From an uncultured Muribaculaceae bacterium (GTDB taxonomy: Bacteria; Bacteroidota; Bacteroidia; Bacteroidales; Muribaculaceae): DNA of 64,000 nucleotides. Positions 1-10,137 of this stretch are shown here, in pieces. Both the position numbers and the translations under genes were made by a program. Numbering within the stretch: position 1 is the stretch's first letter; each line of letters begins with the position of its first letter. The stretch covers positions 14,684 through 78,683 of the forward strand of contig CAZHXA010000002.1 of assembly GCA_964536025.1 (NCBI GenBank), given 5' to 3'. Below the pieces are notes generated by a model. It saw only the letters and a program-made list of their open reading frames with translations. It did no database searches and was not told where the DNA came from.

Positions 1-1
1 A

Positions 2-2011
2 TTGGATAGAGATAGTAGTTTTGAAATCTTCGGGCAGGTAGGATTGCTGTATTTGATGTTTCTTGCCGGTCTTGAAATAGATATGTACCATTTACGTAAG
101 AATATCAATAAAGGATTGATATTCGGTCTATATACATTGTTTGTCCCGTTAATATTGGGAATGTTATTGTCGGTGTGTCTTCTTGAAGTGAATTGGACTA
201 CGGCAGTGTTGCTTGCATGCATGTATGCGTCGCACACATTGATAGCCTATCCTGTTGTGTCTCGTTTTGGAGTAACAAAGAGTCCGGTTGTACTTATTTC
301 CATCGTAGGAACCATTATAGCTATCTTAGGAGCATTGTTAGTGCTTGCCGTTACTGTTGATGCACAACGTGCCGGAGAGTTGTCAATGAAAGGCGTTGCT
401 GTGTTGGTATTCTATCTGTTGTTATATTGTACTTTTGTCTTGATTGTCTATCCGCGTGTTACGCGATGGTTCTTTAAGACATTCAGTGACCATGTAACGC
501 AATATGTGTTTATTCTTGCCATGGTGTTTTTCTCTTCATGGCTGGCTCAGGTTATAGGTCTTGAACCTGTTTTGGGTGCGTTTCTTGCCGGATTGGTGCT
601 AAATCGTTATGTACCGGCATCGTCACCGTTGATGAGTCGCATCGAATTTGTGGGTAATGCAATTTTTATCCCATATTTCCTGATAGGGGTAGGCATGATG
701 ATAAATGTGCGAGCAATATCCAATTGGGAAACCCTTTGGGTATCGTTAAACATGATAGTGGTAGCCATATTAGTGAAATGGCTTGCTGCTTGGGCTGCTC
801 AAAAAACGTATAAAATGAATTCTGTAGAGCGAAATATGATGTTCGGACTTTCCACAGCCCACACGGCAGTAGCTCTTGCAGTGGTGATGATAGGTTACGA
901 ATTGATTTTGCCCGATGGAACACGTTTGTTGAATGAAGCCATAATGAATGGTGTGGTGCTTATGATACTTGTAACATGTGCATTGTCACCCATAATTACA
1001 TCGCGTGCATCATCGAAATTGAAATTGCAAATGTTATCGCATGGAGAAATTGATGAAACCGATAATAAACGCAGTTTGCGTACGCTTGTACCTGTAAGTA
1101 ATCCTATAACGGCATCGCAATTGGTAAATGTGGCATTAATGATAAAGCGTCGTCCCACCAATGATTCGTTGATAGCTTTACATGTGCGTAACGATAATTC
1201 ATCGGGTTCAAAATCTATAGGACTCACTGCGTTGAAACTTGCAACCGAGCCTACAAAGGCTGTAAATCTTGATATACAAACCATTGAGCGTTATGACTTG
1301 AATACCGTTACAGGTATTGTGAACACAGTAAAAGAGCGTGATATAACCGATGTGGTGCTAGGTATTCATGCACGTGGAACGGTTATGGATTCGTTCTTTG
1401 GTTCCAAAATAGATGCCTTGTTGTCGAAGTTGAATAAAATGGTGATAATAACCCGGTGTTACATTCCGGTAAATATGGTTACTCGTATGATAGTCGCAGT
1501 ACCCGATAAAGCCGAATATGAATCGGGGTTTGAATTGTGGGTGATACGTCTTTCCAACATGGCTAAGCGAGTGGGGTGCAGATTGATGTTTTACGCATCA
1601 TCGGCTACTATTCCATATATAAAAGGTGTGATACACAAAAATCAGTTTGAGATAAGAACGGAATATAACATAATGAATGATTGGAGTGAGTTTGTTATGC
1701 TTACCAAGACTGTTAATGAAGACGACTTGCTCGTTGTGATAAGTGCAAGACGCACTTCTATGTCGTTTAGCTCCGATTTGGAAGATACACCTAATTTATT
1801 ATCGAAATATTTCAATCATAACAATTTGCTCGTCATTTTCCCCGAGCAATTTGGAACAGCTCCTAATTTAGCATCATTCAGTGACCCTGTTGCCAATGAG
1901 TTGGATGCACCGTCGTCTGAAATTGTTTTGGGCATCAAAGCGTGGTTCAGAGTGATGAATTCCAAGAGGCGAAAATTAATAGGAAGAATTAAAGAAATTA
2001 ACAAAAATTAA
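2..2011 (+). CDS. cation:proton antiporter (Na+/H+ exchanger family membrane domain plus ~270-aa C-terminal soluble regulatory domain); 5' end lies outside the window
   Basis: ORF is open from the window edge. It has multiple hydrophobic TM segments (e.g. GLEPVLGAFLAGLVLN) followed by a soluble tail. The first M in the track is an in-frame TTG, not a real start. Confidence 0.8.
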   Translation: MDRDSSFEIFGQVGLLYLMFLAGLEIDMYHLRKNINKGLIFGLYTLFVPLILGMLLSVCLLEVNWTTAVLLACMYASHTLIAYPVVSRFGVTKSPVVLISIVGTIIAILGALLVLAVTVDAQRAGELSMKGVAVLVFYLLLYCTFVLIVYPRVTRWFFKTFSDHVTQYVFILAMVFFSSWLAQVIGLEPVLGAFLAGLVLNRYVPASSPLMSRIEFVGNAIFIPYFLIGVGMMINVRAISNWETLWVSLNMIVVAILVKWLAAWAAQKTYKMNSVERNMMFGLSTAHTAVALAVVMIGYELILPDGTRLLNEAIMNGVVLMILVTCALSPIITSRASSKLKLQMLSHGEIDETDNKRSLRTLVPVSNPITASQLVNVALMIKRRPTNDSLIALHVRNDNSSGSKSIGLTALKLATEPTKAVNLDIQTIERYDLNTVTGIVNTVKERDITDVVLGIHARGTVMDSFFGSKIDALLSKLNKMVIITRCYIPVNMVTRMIVAVPDKAEYESGFELWVIRLSNMAKRVGCRLMFYASSATIPYIKGVIHKNQFEIRTEYNIMNDWSEFVMLTKTVNEDDLLVVISARRTSMSFSSDLEDTPNLLSKYFNHNNLLVIFPEQFGTAPNLASFSDPVANELDAPSSEIVLGIKAWFRVMNSKRRKLIGRIKEINKN

Positions 2012-2013
2012 CT

Positions 2014-2035
2014 CGGGGGGGGGTAAAACCCCCCG
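2014..2035 (+). terminator. GC hairpin (G9 / TAAAA / C6) 3 nt after the antiporter stop codon
   Basis: CGGGGGGGGG-TAAAA-CCCCCCG read directly; followed only by a weak CTTTA tract. Confidence 0.4.
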
Positions 2036-2156
2036 CTTTATGCGTATCTTTGCAAAAATCATTAACAATGATTTTTGTGCGGCAACTATAGCGGTCGCAT
2101 TTAAGGTGCCGAGGAAATATAGTTGTATTATATTATGTGGTATATAAATTTAGAAA

Positions 2157-2185
2157 AAGAAACGATGTGTAATCGTTTCTTTTTT
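2157..2185 (+). terminator. rho-independent terminator-like hairpin
   Basis: AAGAAACGAT-GTGTA-ATCGTTTCTT followed by a T run. Confidence 0.55.
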
Positions 2186-2292
2186 GTTAAAAGCATTGTC
2201 TATGGCGTAAATAGTAAACCGTAACATGGTGGAAAATGTTTTTTTTGTAGAATTTTTAGCATTTGAATGATATTAGTTGGGTGAAAATACTG

Positions 2293-2300
2293 TATCTTTG
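2293..2300 (+). promoter_or_regulatory. Bacteroidetes -7 box TATCTTTG upstream of gpmI
   Basis: Exact TAnnTTTG match (TATCTTTGCA) 88 nt before the ATG at 2388. Confidence 0.5.
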
Positions 2301-2387
2301 CATAACATCTTTACCTTGGGCATGAAAAGAGTAAAGATTAACCATAACGAATAATATTAAAAACGAAATAAAACATATAGAAAGATT

Positions 2388-3905
2388 ATGGCTAAGAAAG
2401 CATTATTGATGATTCTCGATGGTTGGGGAATAGGAAACAAAACAAAATCGGATGTCATTTCGGTTACTCCCACACCTTATTGGGATAGTTTGTTGGCTGA
2501 ATATCCTCATTCTCAATTGCAAGCAAGTGGAGAAAACGTGGGCTTGCCTGATGGACAAATGGGAAACTCCGAAGTGGGTCACTTGAATATAGGTGCCGGT
2601 CGTGTGCTTTATCAAGATCTTGTAAAAATCAATAAATCCATAAAAGACAAGTCAATACTTGAAAATCCTGAAATAAAGAACGCTTTCGGTTATGCAAAAG
2701 AGCATGGTAAGGCTATTCACTTTATGGGATTGACTTCTACCGGTGGTGTTCACAGTTCACTTGAACACGTTTATGCACTTTGCGACATTGCAAAGGAATA
2801 TGGACTAAAAGAAGTATATATTCACTGCTTTATGGACGGACGCGATACCGACCCTAAGAGTGGAAAAGGTTTTATAGCCGATTTGCAAGCTCATTGTGAT
2901 AAAAGTGCCGGCGTTATTGCATCAATCGTAGGACGTTATTATGCAATGGACCGTGATAAGCGTTGGGACCGTGTGAAAGTGGCTTACGACATGCTTGTAG
3001 AGGGTAAGGGAGAACCTGCTACCGATATGGTTGCAGCTGTGCAAAAATCTTATGATAATGATGTTACCGATGAATTCATGTTGCCTATCGTAAACAGTAG
3101 CGTGAATGGCGGTACTATCAAAGAAGGCGATGTGGTATTGTTCTACAACTATCGTAACGACCGTGCAAAAGAACTTACAATTGTACTTACACAAGAAGAT
3201 ATGCCGGCAGAAGGAATGAAGACCATTCCGGGCTTGCAATACTATTGTATGACTCCTTACGATGCTTCATTTAAGGGCTTGCATATCCTTTTTGATAAAG
3301 AAAACGTAAATAACACAATAGGTGAATATGTGGCATCTTTGGGTAAAAAACAATTGCACATTGCCGAAACTGAAAAGTATGCTCACGTTACTTTCTTCTT
3401 TAACGGTGGTCGTGAAACTCCTTATGAAGGAGAAGAACGCATCTTGGTTCCTTCTCCAAAGGTGGCAACTTATGATTTGCAACCTGAGATGAGTGCACCC
3501 GAAGTAGCCGATAAACTTGCAGCTGCCATTGAAACACAAAAATATGACTTTGTGGTTGTTAACTTTGCCAATGGTGACATGGTGGGACACACAGGTATCT
3601 ATGAAGCTATAGAAAAAGCTGTTGTAACTGTTGATAAGTGTGTTGAACAAGTTGTTGAAGCTGCTAAGGCTAATGGATATGAAGTTATTATCATTGCCGA
3701 TCACGGTAATGCCGACAATGCTATAAATGAAGATGGCACACCTAATACTGCACACTCTTTGAATCCGGTTCCTTGTGTGTATGTAACCGATAACAAGAAT
3801 GCAAAAATAGAAGATGGTATTCTTGCTGATGTGGCACCTACATTGCTTCACATTATGGGACTTCCACAGCCTGCCGAAATGACAGGAAAAGACCTTATCA
3901 AGTAA
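2388..3905 (+). CDS. gpmI: 2,3-bisphosphoglycerate-independent phosphoglycerate mutase
   Basis: 505 aa. N-terminal [21 protein letters not shown] and C-terminal ADHGNA motifs are typical of iPGM. Confidence 0.95.
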   Translation: MAKKALLMILDGWGIGNKTKSDVISVTPTPYWDSLLAEYPHSQLQASGENVGLPDGQMGNSEVGHLNIGAGRVLYQDLVKINKSIKDKSILENPEIKNAFGYAKEHGKAIHFMGLTSTGGVHSSLEHVYALCDIAKEYGLKEVYIHCFMDGRDTDPKSGKGFIADLQAHCDKSAGVIASIVGRYYAMDRDKRWDRVKVAYDMLVEGKGEPATDMVAAVQKSYDNDVTDEFMLPIVNSSVNGGTIKEGDVVLFYNYRNDRAKELTIVLTQEDMPAEGMKTIPGLQYYCMTPYDASFKGLHILFDKENVNNTIGEYVASLGKKQLHIAETEKYAHVTFFFNGGRETPYEGEERILVPSPKVATYDLQPEMSAPEVADKLAAAIETQKYDFVVVNFANGDMVGHTGIYEAIEKAVVTVDKCVEQVVEAAKANGYEVIIIADHGNADNAINEDGTPNTAHSLNPVPCVYVTDNKNAKIEDGILADVAPTLLHIMGLPQPAEMTGKDLIK

Positions 3906-3952
3906 TTGAGGGGCAATGCTTAAATTGTAGTGGAGCTATTTTTATATATTTT

Positions 3953-3992
3953 GTCGGGTTGCAATATTCGCTATTGCAATCCGACTTTTTTT
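3953..3992 (+). terminator. rho-independent terminator of gpmI
   Basis: GTCGGGTTGCAATA-TTCGC-TATTGCAATCCGAC followed by T7. Confidence 0.8.
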
Positions 3993-4085
3993 GTACTGTT
4001 TTTTTATTGCTCTTCTCTTGATTTGGAGAGAGTAATTTCATATTTTTGTAAAATAATTGAAAATGAAATAAATACTATACCGAAT

Positions 4086-5609
4086 ATGAAACCTAACAGA
4101 ATGTTTTTTACTTTATGCTTTGCTTTTGTTGCGGGATTGTTTTCCCTGCAAGCTGAGCATCTTGTAATATTGACGTTGAACGACACGCACAGCCGTATTG
4201 ACCCCGATTTTGACGGAAAAGGTGGTGTCTTGCGTCAAAAAGTCATTTTTGATAGCGTGTTGTGTGCCGAAAAAAACGTGATGCGTGTACATGCAGGTGA
4301 TGCAGTGCAAGGCACCCTATATTTCTCCGAATTTCATGGCGATGTGGAGTATGAAATGCTGAATAAAATGAATTTTGACATTACTATATTAGGAAATCAT
4401 GAATTAGATAATGGTATCGACTGTCTTACACCTTATTATAAGAAAATGAAGTCGGTTTGTCTGTCCTCCAATTACGATTTTTCCCAAACCGGGTTGGTTG
4501 ACGTCTTCAAGCCCTATTTGATAAAGGAATTTGACGGTAAAAAAATAGGATTTATAGGTATTAACCTTAATCCGCAAGGCATGATAGCCGAGCCTAATTA
4601 CAAAGGCTTGAAGTTTAGTAATATAATTGAAACAGCCAATGCTACGGCTTCTATGTTGAAACGCGAAAAAGGAGTGGATTTTGTGGTTATGGTGTCTCAT
4701 ATAGGTTATGATATGACCGGTAGCGGACTTGATGGTGATATAGATGTGATTAAAAGCAGTACAGACATCGACCTTGTGATAGGCGGACACACTCACACTG
4801 TAATTGACCCGACTAAAGCATCGTCGCCGGCATGGCTCATTGCTAACAAAGAGGGTAGAATGATACCTGTTACGCAAACCGGCAATTTGGGTAAATATGT
4901 GGGACTTATCGACATTGATTTGGAGACCATGAAAACCGATTATCGATTGTTGCCAGTTGACAAGCGATATGACAATCGCGTGAATTACCCTGAAATAGAA
5001 GCGTTCCTTGCTCCTTATAAGGCGGTGGTTGATTCTTTGATGAATAAAGAGGTTGCAGTGTCGGCTAAGGAAATGCCTAAGGGGCTTGGTGCATTGAGTA
5101 ATTGGGTAAGTGATGCAGCTCGAGACATTACTATTGCGTTAAGTGGATTGAAAGCCGATTGTGCCATTATGAATAAAGGTGGAATACGTTGTCCTATGCC
5201 TGAAGGAAGCGTGTCTGAAGGCTTGATTAATTCCATGTTCCCTTTCGATAATCGTTTGCAAGTCATTGAACTCACCGGGGAGCAGTTGCTACGTTCGCTT
5301 GAAATTATGGCTAAGCGTGGAGGAGATGCTACAAGTAGCGATTTGATAGTGCAATTTACCAAAGACAATAAAATAAAATCGGCTATGATAAACGGTAAAT
5401 CTATCAAAGCCAAGAAAAAATATAAGGTCGTAACTCTCGATTATCTTGCCAATGGTGGCGATTACATGACACCGTTTAAAGAAGGTAAGTTACTTTTTGC
5501 CGATGATGTGAAAGTATCAGTGCGATATATGTCTTATATCGTGAATCTTACAAAAGAAGGAAAGAAAATAGATGCAAGCGACGACTTGAGAATGTATTGT
5601 GTCGATTAA
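4086..5609 (+). CDS. secreted bifunctional metallophosphatase / 5'-nucleotidase (UshA-like)
   Basis: Start re-called to the ATG at 4086 (MKPNRMFFTLCFAFVAGLFSLQA signal peptide); the upstream part of the track ORF overlaps the gpmI terminator. Has LNDTHSR and GNHELDNG metallophosphoesterase motifs plus a 5'-nucleotidase C-terminal domain. Confidence 0.8.
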   Translation: MKPNRMFFTLCFAFVAGLFSLQAEHLVILTLNDTHSRIDPDFDGKGGVLRQKVIFDSVLCAEKNVMRVHAGDAVQGTLYFSEFHGDVEYEMLNKMNFDITILGNHELDNGIDCLTPYYKKMKSVCLSSNYDFSQTGLVDVFKPYLIKEFDGKKIGFIGINLNPQGMIAEPNYKGLKFSNIIETANATASMLKREKGVDFVVMVSHIGYDMTGSGLDGDIDVIKSSTDIDLVIGGHTHTVIDPTKASSPAWLIANKEGRMIPVTQTGNLGKYVGLIDIDLETMKTDYRLLPVDKRYDNRVNYPEIEAFLAPYKAVVDSLMNKEVAVSAKEMPKGLGALSNWVSDAARDITIALSGLKADCAIMNKGGIRCPMPEGSVSEGLINSMFPFDNRLQVIELTGEQLLRSLEIMAKRGGDATSSDLIVQFTKDNKIKSAMINGKSIKAKKKYKVVTLDYLANGGDYMTPFKEGKLLFADDVKVSVRYMSYIVNLTKEGKKIDASDDLRMYCVD

Positions 5610-5649
5610 ATAAAAAACGATAAATTTAAACCTAAAATAATAAACTGAA

Positions 5650-8553
5650 ATGAAGAATTTAAAGCGAATTAGTGCATTGCTTTTTTCTATCATGCTTGGA
5701 ATGTCGGCCGTCAATGCCGTAGTGCCTCGATTGATGAGAAGTGTTGATGAAAAGGCTATGAACGAGTGGGTTGAAGCCCAATTCGGAAGAATGACTAAAG
5801 AGGAGCGTATAGCACAGCTTATGGTTATAGGTGTTTCTCCGAGAGTGAGCGGTGAAAAGATGGATTCTCTTCGTTACTTGGTGGAGACCTATAACATAGG
5901 GGGTCTTATTTTTCATGAAATGAGCATGAACGATTATGTGTCGTTATATAACGATTTCAGCAGACGTTCTCGTGTGCCGTTACTCATGACCATCGATGGT
6001 GAATGGGGGTTGGGTATGCGTATAGATGGTGTACGCGATTTCCCTCACAGTATGGCTTTGGGTGCTGTTACCGATAAAGACCTTATCTATGAATATGGAA
6101 AAGAAACTGCACGCCAAATGAAAACTGCTGGAATTCATGTGAATTTTGCTCCTGTTCTTGATGTAAACGACAATCCGTTGAATCCCGTTATAGGAAATCG
6201 TGCTTTTGGCGAAACTCCTGAATATGTGTCTTCTTATGCTCTTGAATATGCTGCCGGACTTGAAAGCGGTGGCGTGCTTTCCACTGGAAAACACTTTCCG
6301 GGACATGGCTCTACAAGCGAAGATTCTCACAAAAAGTTGCCTTCGGTGGAAAAATCTCTTGCCGACCTTGAATTGTGTGAATTGAAGCCGTTTGCCGATT
6401 ATATTGAGAAAGGTTTCGGTGGTATGCTTACTGCACACCTTAATGTTCCTGCCATCGATGCAAGCGGAAAGCCTGCTTCATTGAGTCCTGCTGTGGTAAA
6501 TCAGCTGTTGGTTAAGAAAATGGGCTTTGAAGGGCTGATTTTCACCGATGCACTTTCTATGAAAGGAGCAGTAACCGAGGGCTCTCGTTGCGTAGCTGCC
6601 CTCAAAGCAGGTAATGATGTGCTTCTTATGCCCGAAAATCCGCCTGTAGAAATTGCAGCTGTGATGGCTGCCGTGAAAAAAGGCGAACTTTCACAAAAAG
6701 TCATCAACAGATGTTGTAAAAAGATGCTTCGATATAAATATGTTCTCGGAGTGCTTAATTCCAAGCCTATCGATGTGAGTGTTTTGGAAAAAACTGCTTT
6801 TTCTCCCGAAACAGAGCTGTTAAATCATCGATTGACCGCAGCTTCTATCACCGTGTTGAAGAATCAAGCCGAATTGTTGCCATTCAAGGCTCTCGATAAG
6901 AAAAATATTGCTGTGATTTCACTTGGTGACACTAAGGGTGTTACAAGCATGTTCCAAGACCGTTGCGAAATGTATAGCAAAACAGGTAAATTTGCTTACA
7001 TGAAAGGAGCAATGCTTGACGTAATGCTTAAAAAGTTGAAACCTTATGATACCGTTATCGTTGGCGTTTATAATGCCGATGATGACTATGTTAAAGCTCT
7101 TGAAGCTATCGCTTCACAATGTGAAAATGTGGTACCGGCGTTCTTTACGAGTGCTTACGATGTTGCGAAGTTCAAAACCGGTATCGACAAATGTAAATCG
7201 CTTGTAATAGGGTGGAGTGCCGACGAATTGGCACAAGACTATGCCGCTCAAACCATTTACGGAGGTAATGCTGCAAAAGGTGTTTCGCCTATAACCATTG
7301 CCGGTGTGGCAAAACCCGGCGACGGAATAAGCTACGATGCTGTTCGCTTGGGTTATACCATCCCCGAAGAAGTGGGCGTGAGTAGCGAGATGTTGAACAA
7401 AATCGACCGTCTTGCCAATCGTTGTTTGCGTGCCGGAGCATTTCCGGGTTGTCAAGTGGTGATAGCTCGTCGCGGTAAAGTTATATGCAACAAGTCTTAC
7501 GGTATGATTGATTATGAAACAGGCATACCGGTTACCACCAACACTATTTACGACCTTGCTTCGGTGTCGAAGGCTACCGGTACTCTTCCGGGTATCATGA
7601 AGGCTTGTGATGACGGTTTGTTGAACGTTGATGCCAAAATGAGCAAATATTTGCCTGGTATGCGTCGCCCCGATAGAGAAAAACTTACTTTACGCGAATT
7701 CCTTTATCATGAAACCGGTTATGTGCCATCTTTACCTATATATGATATAATGACCGATAAAAACAAGAATTTGCGTTCCGACTTGGTATCAAAGGTAAAA
7801 AGTGAGAACTTCAGTATTCAAATAGGTGACAGTTTATTTGTGAGCAAAGCGGCATTTGACACTGTTATGCACAATGCTTACACCATTAATCTACGTCCCG
7901 ACAAGAGAATGCGTTACAGTTGTGTAAACTTCTGCTTGCTTATGGATGCCGAGCAACATGCCACCGGTGTTCCACATGATGAATATGTAACAAAGAATTT
8001 CTACGCACCGCTTGGAGCATGGCACACCACTTATCGCCCTATGGATAAATTTTCTCGTTGTCAGATAGCACCCACTGAGTATGACTCGTTTATGCGTAAA
8101 CAACTCGTTTGGGGATATGTACACGATGAAACCAATGCTTTTTCGGGTGGTGTGGCAGGTAATGCCGGTTTATTCTCTAATGCCAACGACTTGGCAAAAC
8201 TTTGTCAAATGTGGTTGAATGGCGGTGTTTATGGAGGTGAACGTTACTTGAGCGAAGCTGTTACACATCAATTCACTGTACAGAGAAGTGCAAATTCTCG
8301 TCGCGGATTAGGTTTTGACCGTGCTCCTGCCAAAAAAGGACAAGCTTCGCCCACTTGCAAGGAAGCTCCTGCCGAAACTTACGGACACTTGGGCTTTACT
8401 GGCACTGTGTTCTGGGTTGACCCTACACACGATGTGGTGTTTGTGTTCCTTAACAATCGTGTCAATCCTACAAGAAACAATGAGGCATTTGATTCTATCG
8501 ACATTCGTCCGTCGATGTTCCGTTTCTTCTATGAATCGCTTTTGGATAAGTGA
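5650..8553 (+). CDS. fusion protein: glycoside hydrolase family 3 (NagZ-like beta-N-acetylhexosaminidase) N-terminal half plus serine hydrolase / beta-lactamase-family C-terminal half
   Basis: 967 aa with a signal peptide. The N-terminal half has GH3 motifs (KHFPGHG; FTDALSMKG). The C-terminal half has an SxxK motif (ASVSKAT) and class C beta-lactamase / PBP-like sequence. Confidence 0.8.
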   Translation: MKNLKRISALLFSIMLGMSAVNAVVPRLMRSVDEKAMNEWVEAQFGRMTKEERIAQLMVIGVSPRVSGEKMDSLRYLVETYNIGGLIFHEMSMNDYVSLYNDFSRRSRVPLLMTIDGEWGLGMRIDGVRDFPHSMALGAVTDKDLIYEYGKETARQMKTAGIHVNFAPVLDVNDNPLNPVIGNRAFGETPEYVSSYALEYAAGLESGGVLSTGKHFPGHGSTSEDSHKKLPSVEKSLADLELCELKPFADYIEKGFGGMLTAHLNVPAIDASGKPASLSPAVVNQLLVKKMGFEGLIFTDALSMKGAVTEGSRCVAALKAGNDVLLMPENPPVEIAAVMAAVKKGELSQKVINRCCKKMLRYKYVLGVLNSKPIDVSVLEKTAFSPETELLNHRLTAASITVLKNQAELLPFKALDKKNIAVISLGDTKGVTSMFQDRCEMYSKTGKFAYMKGAMLDVMLKKLKPYDTVIVGVYNADDDYVKALEAIASQCENVVPAFFTSAYDVAKFKTGIDKCKSLVIGWSADELAQDYAAQTIYGGNAAKGVSPITIAGVAKPGDGISYDAVRLGYTIPEEVGVSSEMLNKIDRLANRCLRAGAFPGCQVVIARRGKVICNKSYGMIDYETGIPVTTNTIYDLASVSKATGTLPGIMKACDDGLLNVDAKMSKYLPGMRRPDREKLTLREFLYHETGYVPSLPIYDIMTDKNKNLRSDLVSKVKSENFSIQIGDSLFVSKAAFDTVMHNAYTINLRPDKRMRYSCVNFCLLMDAEQHATGVPHDEYVTKNFYAPLGAWHTTYRPMDKFSRCQIAPTEYDSFMRKQLVWGYVHDETNAFSGGVAGNAGLFSNANDLAKLCQMWLNGGVYGGERYLSEAVTHQFTVQRSANSRRGLGFDRAPAKKGQASPTCKEAPAETYGHLGFTGTVFWVDPTHDVVFVFLNNRVNPTRNNEAFDSIDIRPSMFRFFYESLLDK

Positions 8554-8666
8554 TTTTATTGATAGAAAATCTTCAAAATGTTATTTAAAGTCGCAAGGAA
8601 ATAAAATTTTGATACCTATTTGTAAGAAAATGTGTAAAACTGTTAGTTTTACACATTTTTTATTGC

Positions 8667-8674
8667 TATATTTG
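8667..8674 (+). promoter_or_regulatory. -7 box TATATTTG upstream of gdhA
   Basis: Exact TAnnTTTG match 43 nt before the ATG at 8717. Confidence 0.5.
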
Positions 8675-8716
8675 TGGTGTAATATTGATTTTTATATATA
8701 ATAAAATTTATCTACA

Positions 8717-10054
8717 ATGAATGCAACCGAAGTTTTAAATGGTTTGAGAAGACGATTCCCTAATGAGCCTGAATATTTGCAAGCGGTGGAAGAAGTTATA
8801 ACAACAATCGAAGAAGAGTATAACAAGCACCCTGAGTTTGAACGCTACAATCTTATAGAGCGTTTGTGCTTGCCCGACCGCATTTTTTCGTTCCGCATAT
8901 CGTGGGTCGACGATAAAGGTAGAGTGCAAAACAACATGGGCTACCGCATACAGCACAACAATGCCATAGGTCCTTATAAAGGAGGAATACGTTTTCACTC
9001 ATCGGTGAACCAATCCATTTTAAAATTCCTTGCATTTGAGCAAACTTTCAAGAACTCGCTCACTACATTGCCTATGGGTGGCGGTAAGGGCGGTTCCGAC
9101 TTCAGTCCTAAGGGAAAAAGTGATATGGAAGTGATGCGTTTCTGTCAAGCTTATATAGCTGAGTTATGGCGTCACATAGGTCCCGATACCGACGTGCCTG
9201 CAGGAGATATAGGTGTGGGTGGTCGTGAAGTGGGCTACATGTATGGTATGTATAAGAAAATGGCACGTGAAAACACAGGTACTTTCACCGGTAAGGGATT
9301 GGAATTTGGTGGCTCTTTAGTGCGTCCCGAAGCTACAGGATATGGCAATGTCTACTTCCTGCTTAATATGCTGGCTACTCGTGGTATCGACATTAAAGGT
9401 AAGAAAGTGGCTATCTCGGGTTCGGGAAATGTGGCTACTTATACTGCCGATAAATTGCTTAAAATAGGAGCAAAGGTTGTAACAATGAGCGATTCCGATG
9501 GTACTATTTATGTGCCCGACGGACTTACTCGCGAACAACTTGATTACATCTTTAAGTTGAAAACCATTTATCGCGGACGCATAAGAGAATTTGCCGAAGA
9601 ATATGATAATTGCCAATACTTTGAAGGTGAACGTCCGTGGAAGGTGAAGTGCGATATTGCTATGCCGAGTGCTACTCAAAACGAATTGGATGGCGATGAT
9701 GCACGCATGTTGCTTGCAAATGGTGTAATTGCTGTGTCGGAAGGGGCAAATATGCCTTCTACTCCTGAGGCTGTGCATGAGTTCCTTAATGCAGGTATTC
9801 TATATGCTCCGGGTAAGGCCGCCAATGCCGGAGGAGTATCGGTTTCGGGGCTTGAAATGGCTCAAAATTCGCAAAAACTTTCTTGGAGTGCCGAAGAAGT
9901 TGACGCTAAGTTGCAAAGCATAATGAAGAATATACACGAACAGTGTGTTAAATATGGACGTCAAGACGATGGTTATGTAAATTATGTGAAAGGTGCTAAT
10001 GTGGCAGGCTTCATGAAAGTGGCTAAGGCTATGATGGCACAAGGTATAATTTAA
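8717..10054 (+). CDS. gdhA: NAD(P)-specific glutamate dehydrogenase
   Basis: 445 aa. Contains the LPMGGGKGGSDF catalytic-Lys motif and the GSGNVA dinucleotide fold. Confidence 0.95.
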   Translation: MNATEVLNGLRRRFPNEPEYLQAVEEVITTIEEEYNKHPEFERYNLIERLCLPDRIFSFRISWVDDKGRVQNNMGYRIQHNNAIGPYKGGIRFHSSVNQSILKFLAFEQTFKNSLTTLPMGGGKGGSDFSPKGKSDMEVMRFCQAYIAELWRHIGPDTDVPAGDIGVGGREVGYMYGMYKKMARENTGTFTGKGLEFGGSLVRPEATGYGNVYFLLNMLATRGIDIKGKKVAISGSGNVATYTADKLLKIGAKVVTMSDSDGTIYVPDGLTREQLDYIFKLKTIYRGRIREFAEEYDNCQYFEGERPWKVKCDIAMPSATQNELDGDDARMLLANGVIAVSEGANMPSTPEAVHEFLNAGILYAPGKAANAGGVSVSGLEMAQNSQKLSWSAEEVDAKLQSIMKNIHEQCVKYGRQDDGYVNYVKGANVAGFMKVAKAMMAQGII

Positions 10055-10079
10055 ACTGAAATCTGAACGGTCAGAATTT

Positions 10080-10137
10080 AAAGGTGAAAACTGAGAGGTG
10101 AAAGCTATTACATTTCATCTTTCAGTTTTCACCTTTT
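10080..10137 (+). terminator. long hairpin downstream of gdhA (15-bp perfect outer stem), probable terminator
   Basis: AAAGGTGAAAACTGA (10080..10094) pairs perfectly with TCAGTTTTCACCTTT (10122..10136), with further near-pairing inside the loop. Only a short T4 tract follows. Confidence 0.5.

Noticed and set aside
2015-2023. G9 homopolymer as a possible slipped-strand phase-variation tract.
   Set aside because: It lies 3 nt after the antiporter stop codon and pairs with a downstream C6 run. It is therefore part of a hairpin and is neither in a coding region nor in a promoter spacer.
3930-4085. N-terminal extensions in the ORF track (here and at 15050, 16120, 25186, 29469, 34466, 34974, 36675, 37738, 38187, 42641, 46054, 48573, 48700, 53401, 54599, 54827).
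   Set aside because: The extensions start at TTG/GTG codons and run through terminators or TAnnTTTG promoter boxes. They precede an ATG followed by a canonical N-terminus or signal peptide. I used the downstream ATG.
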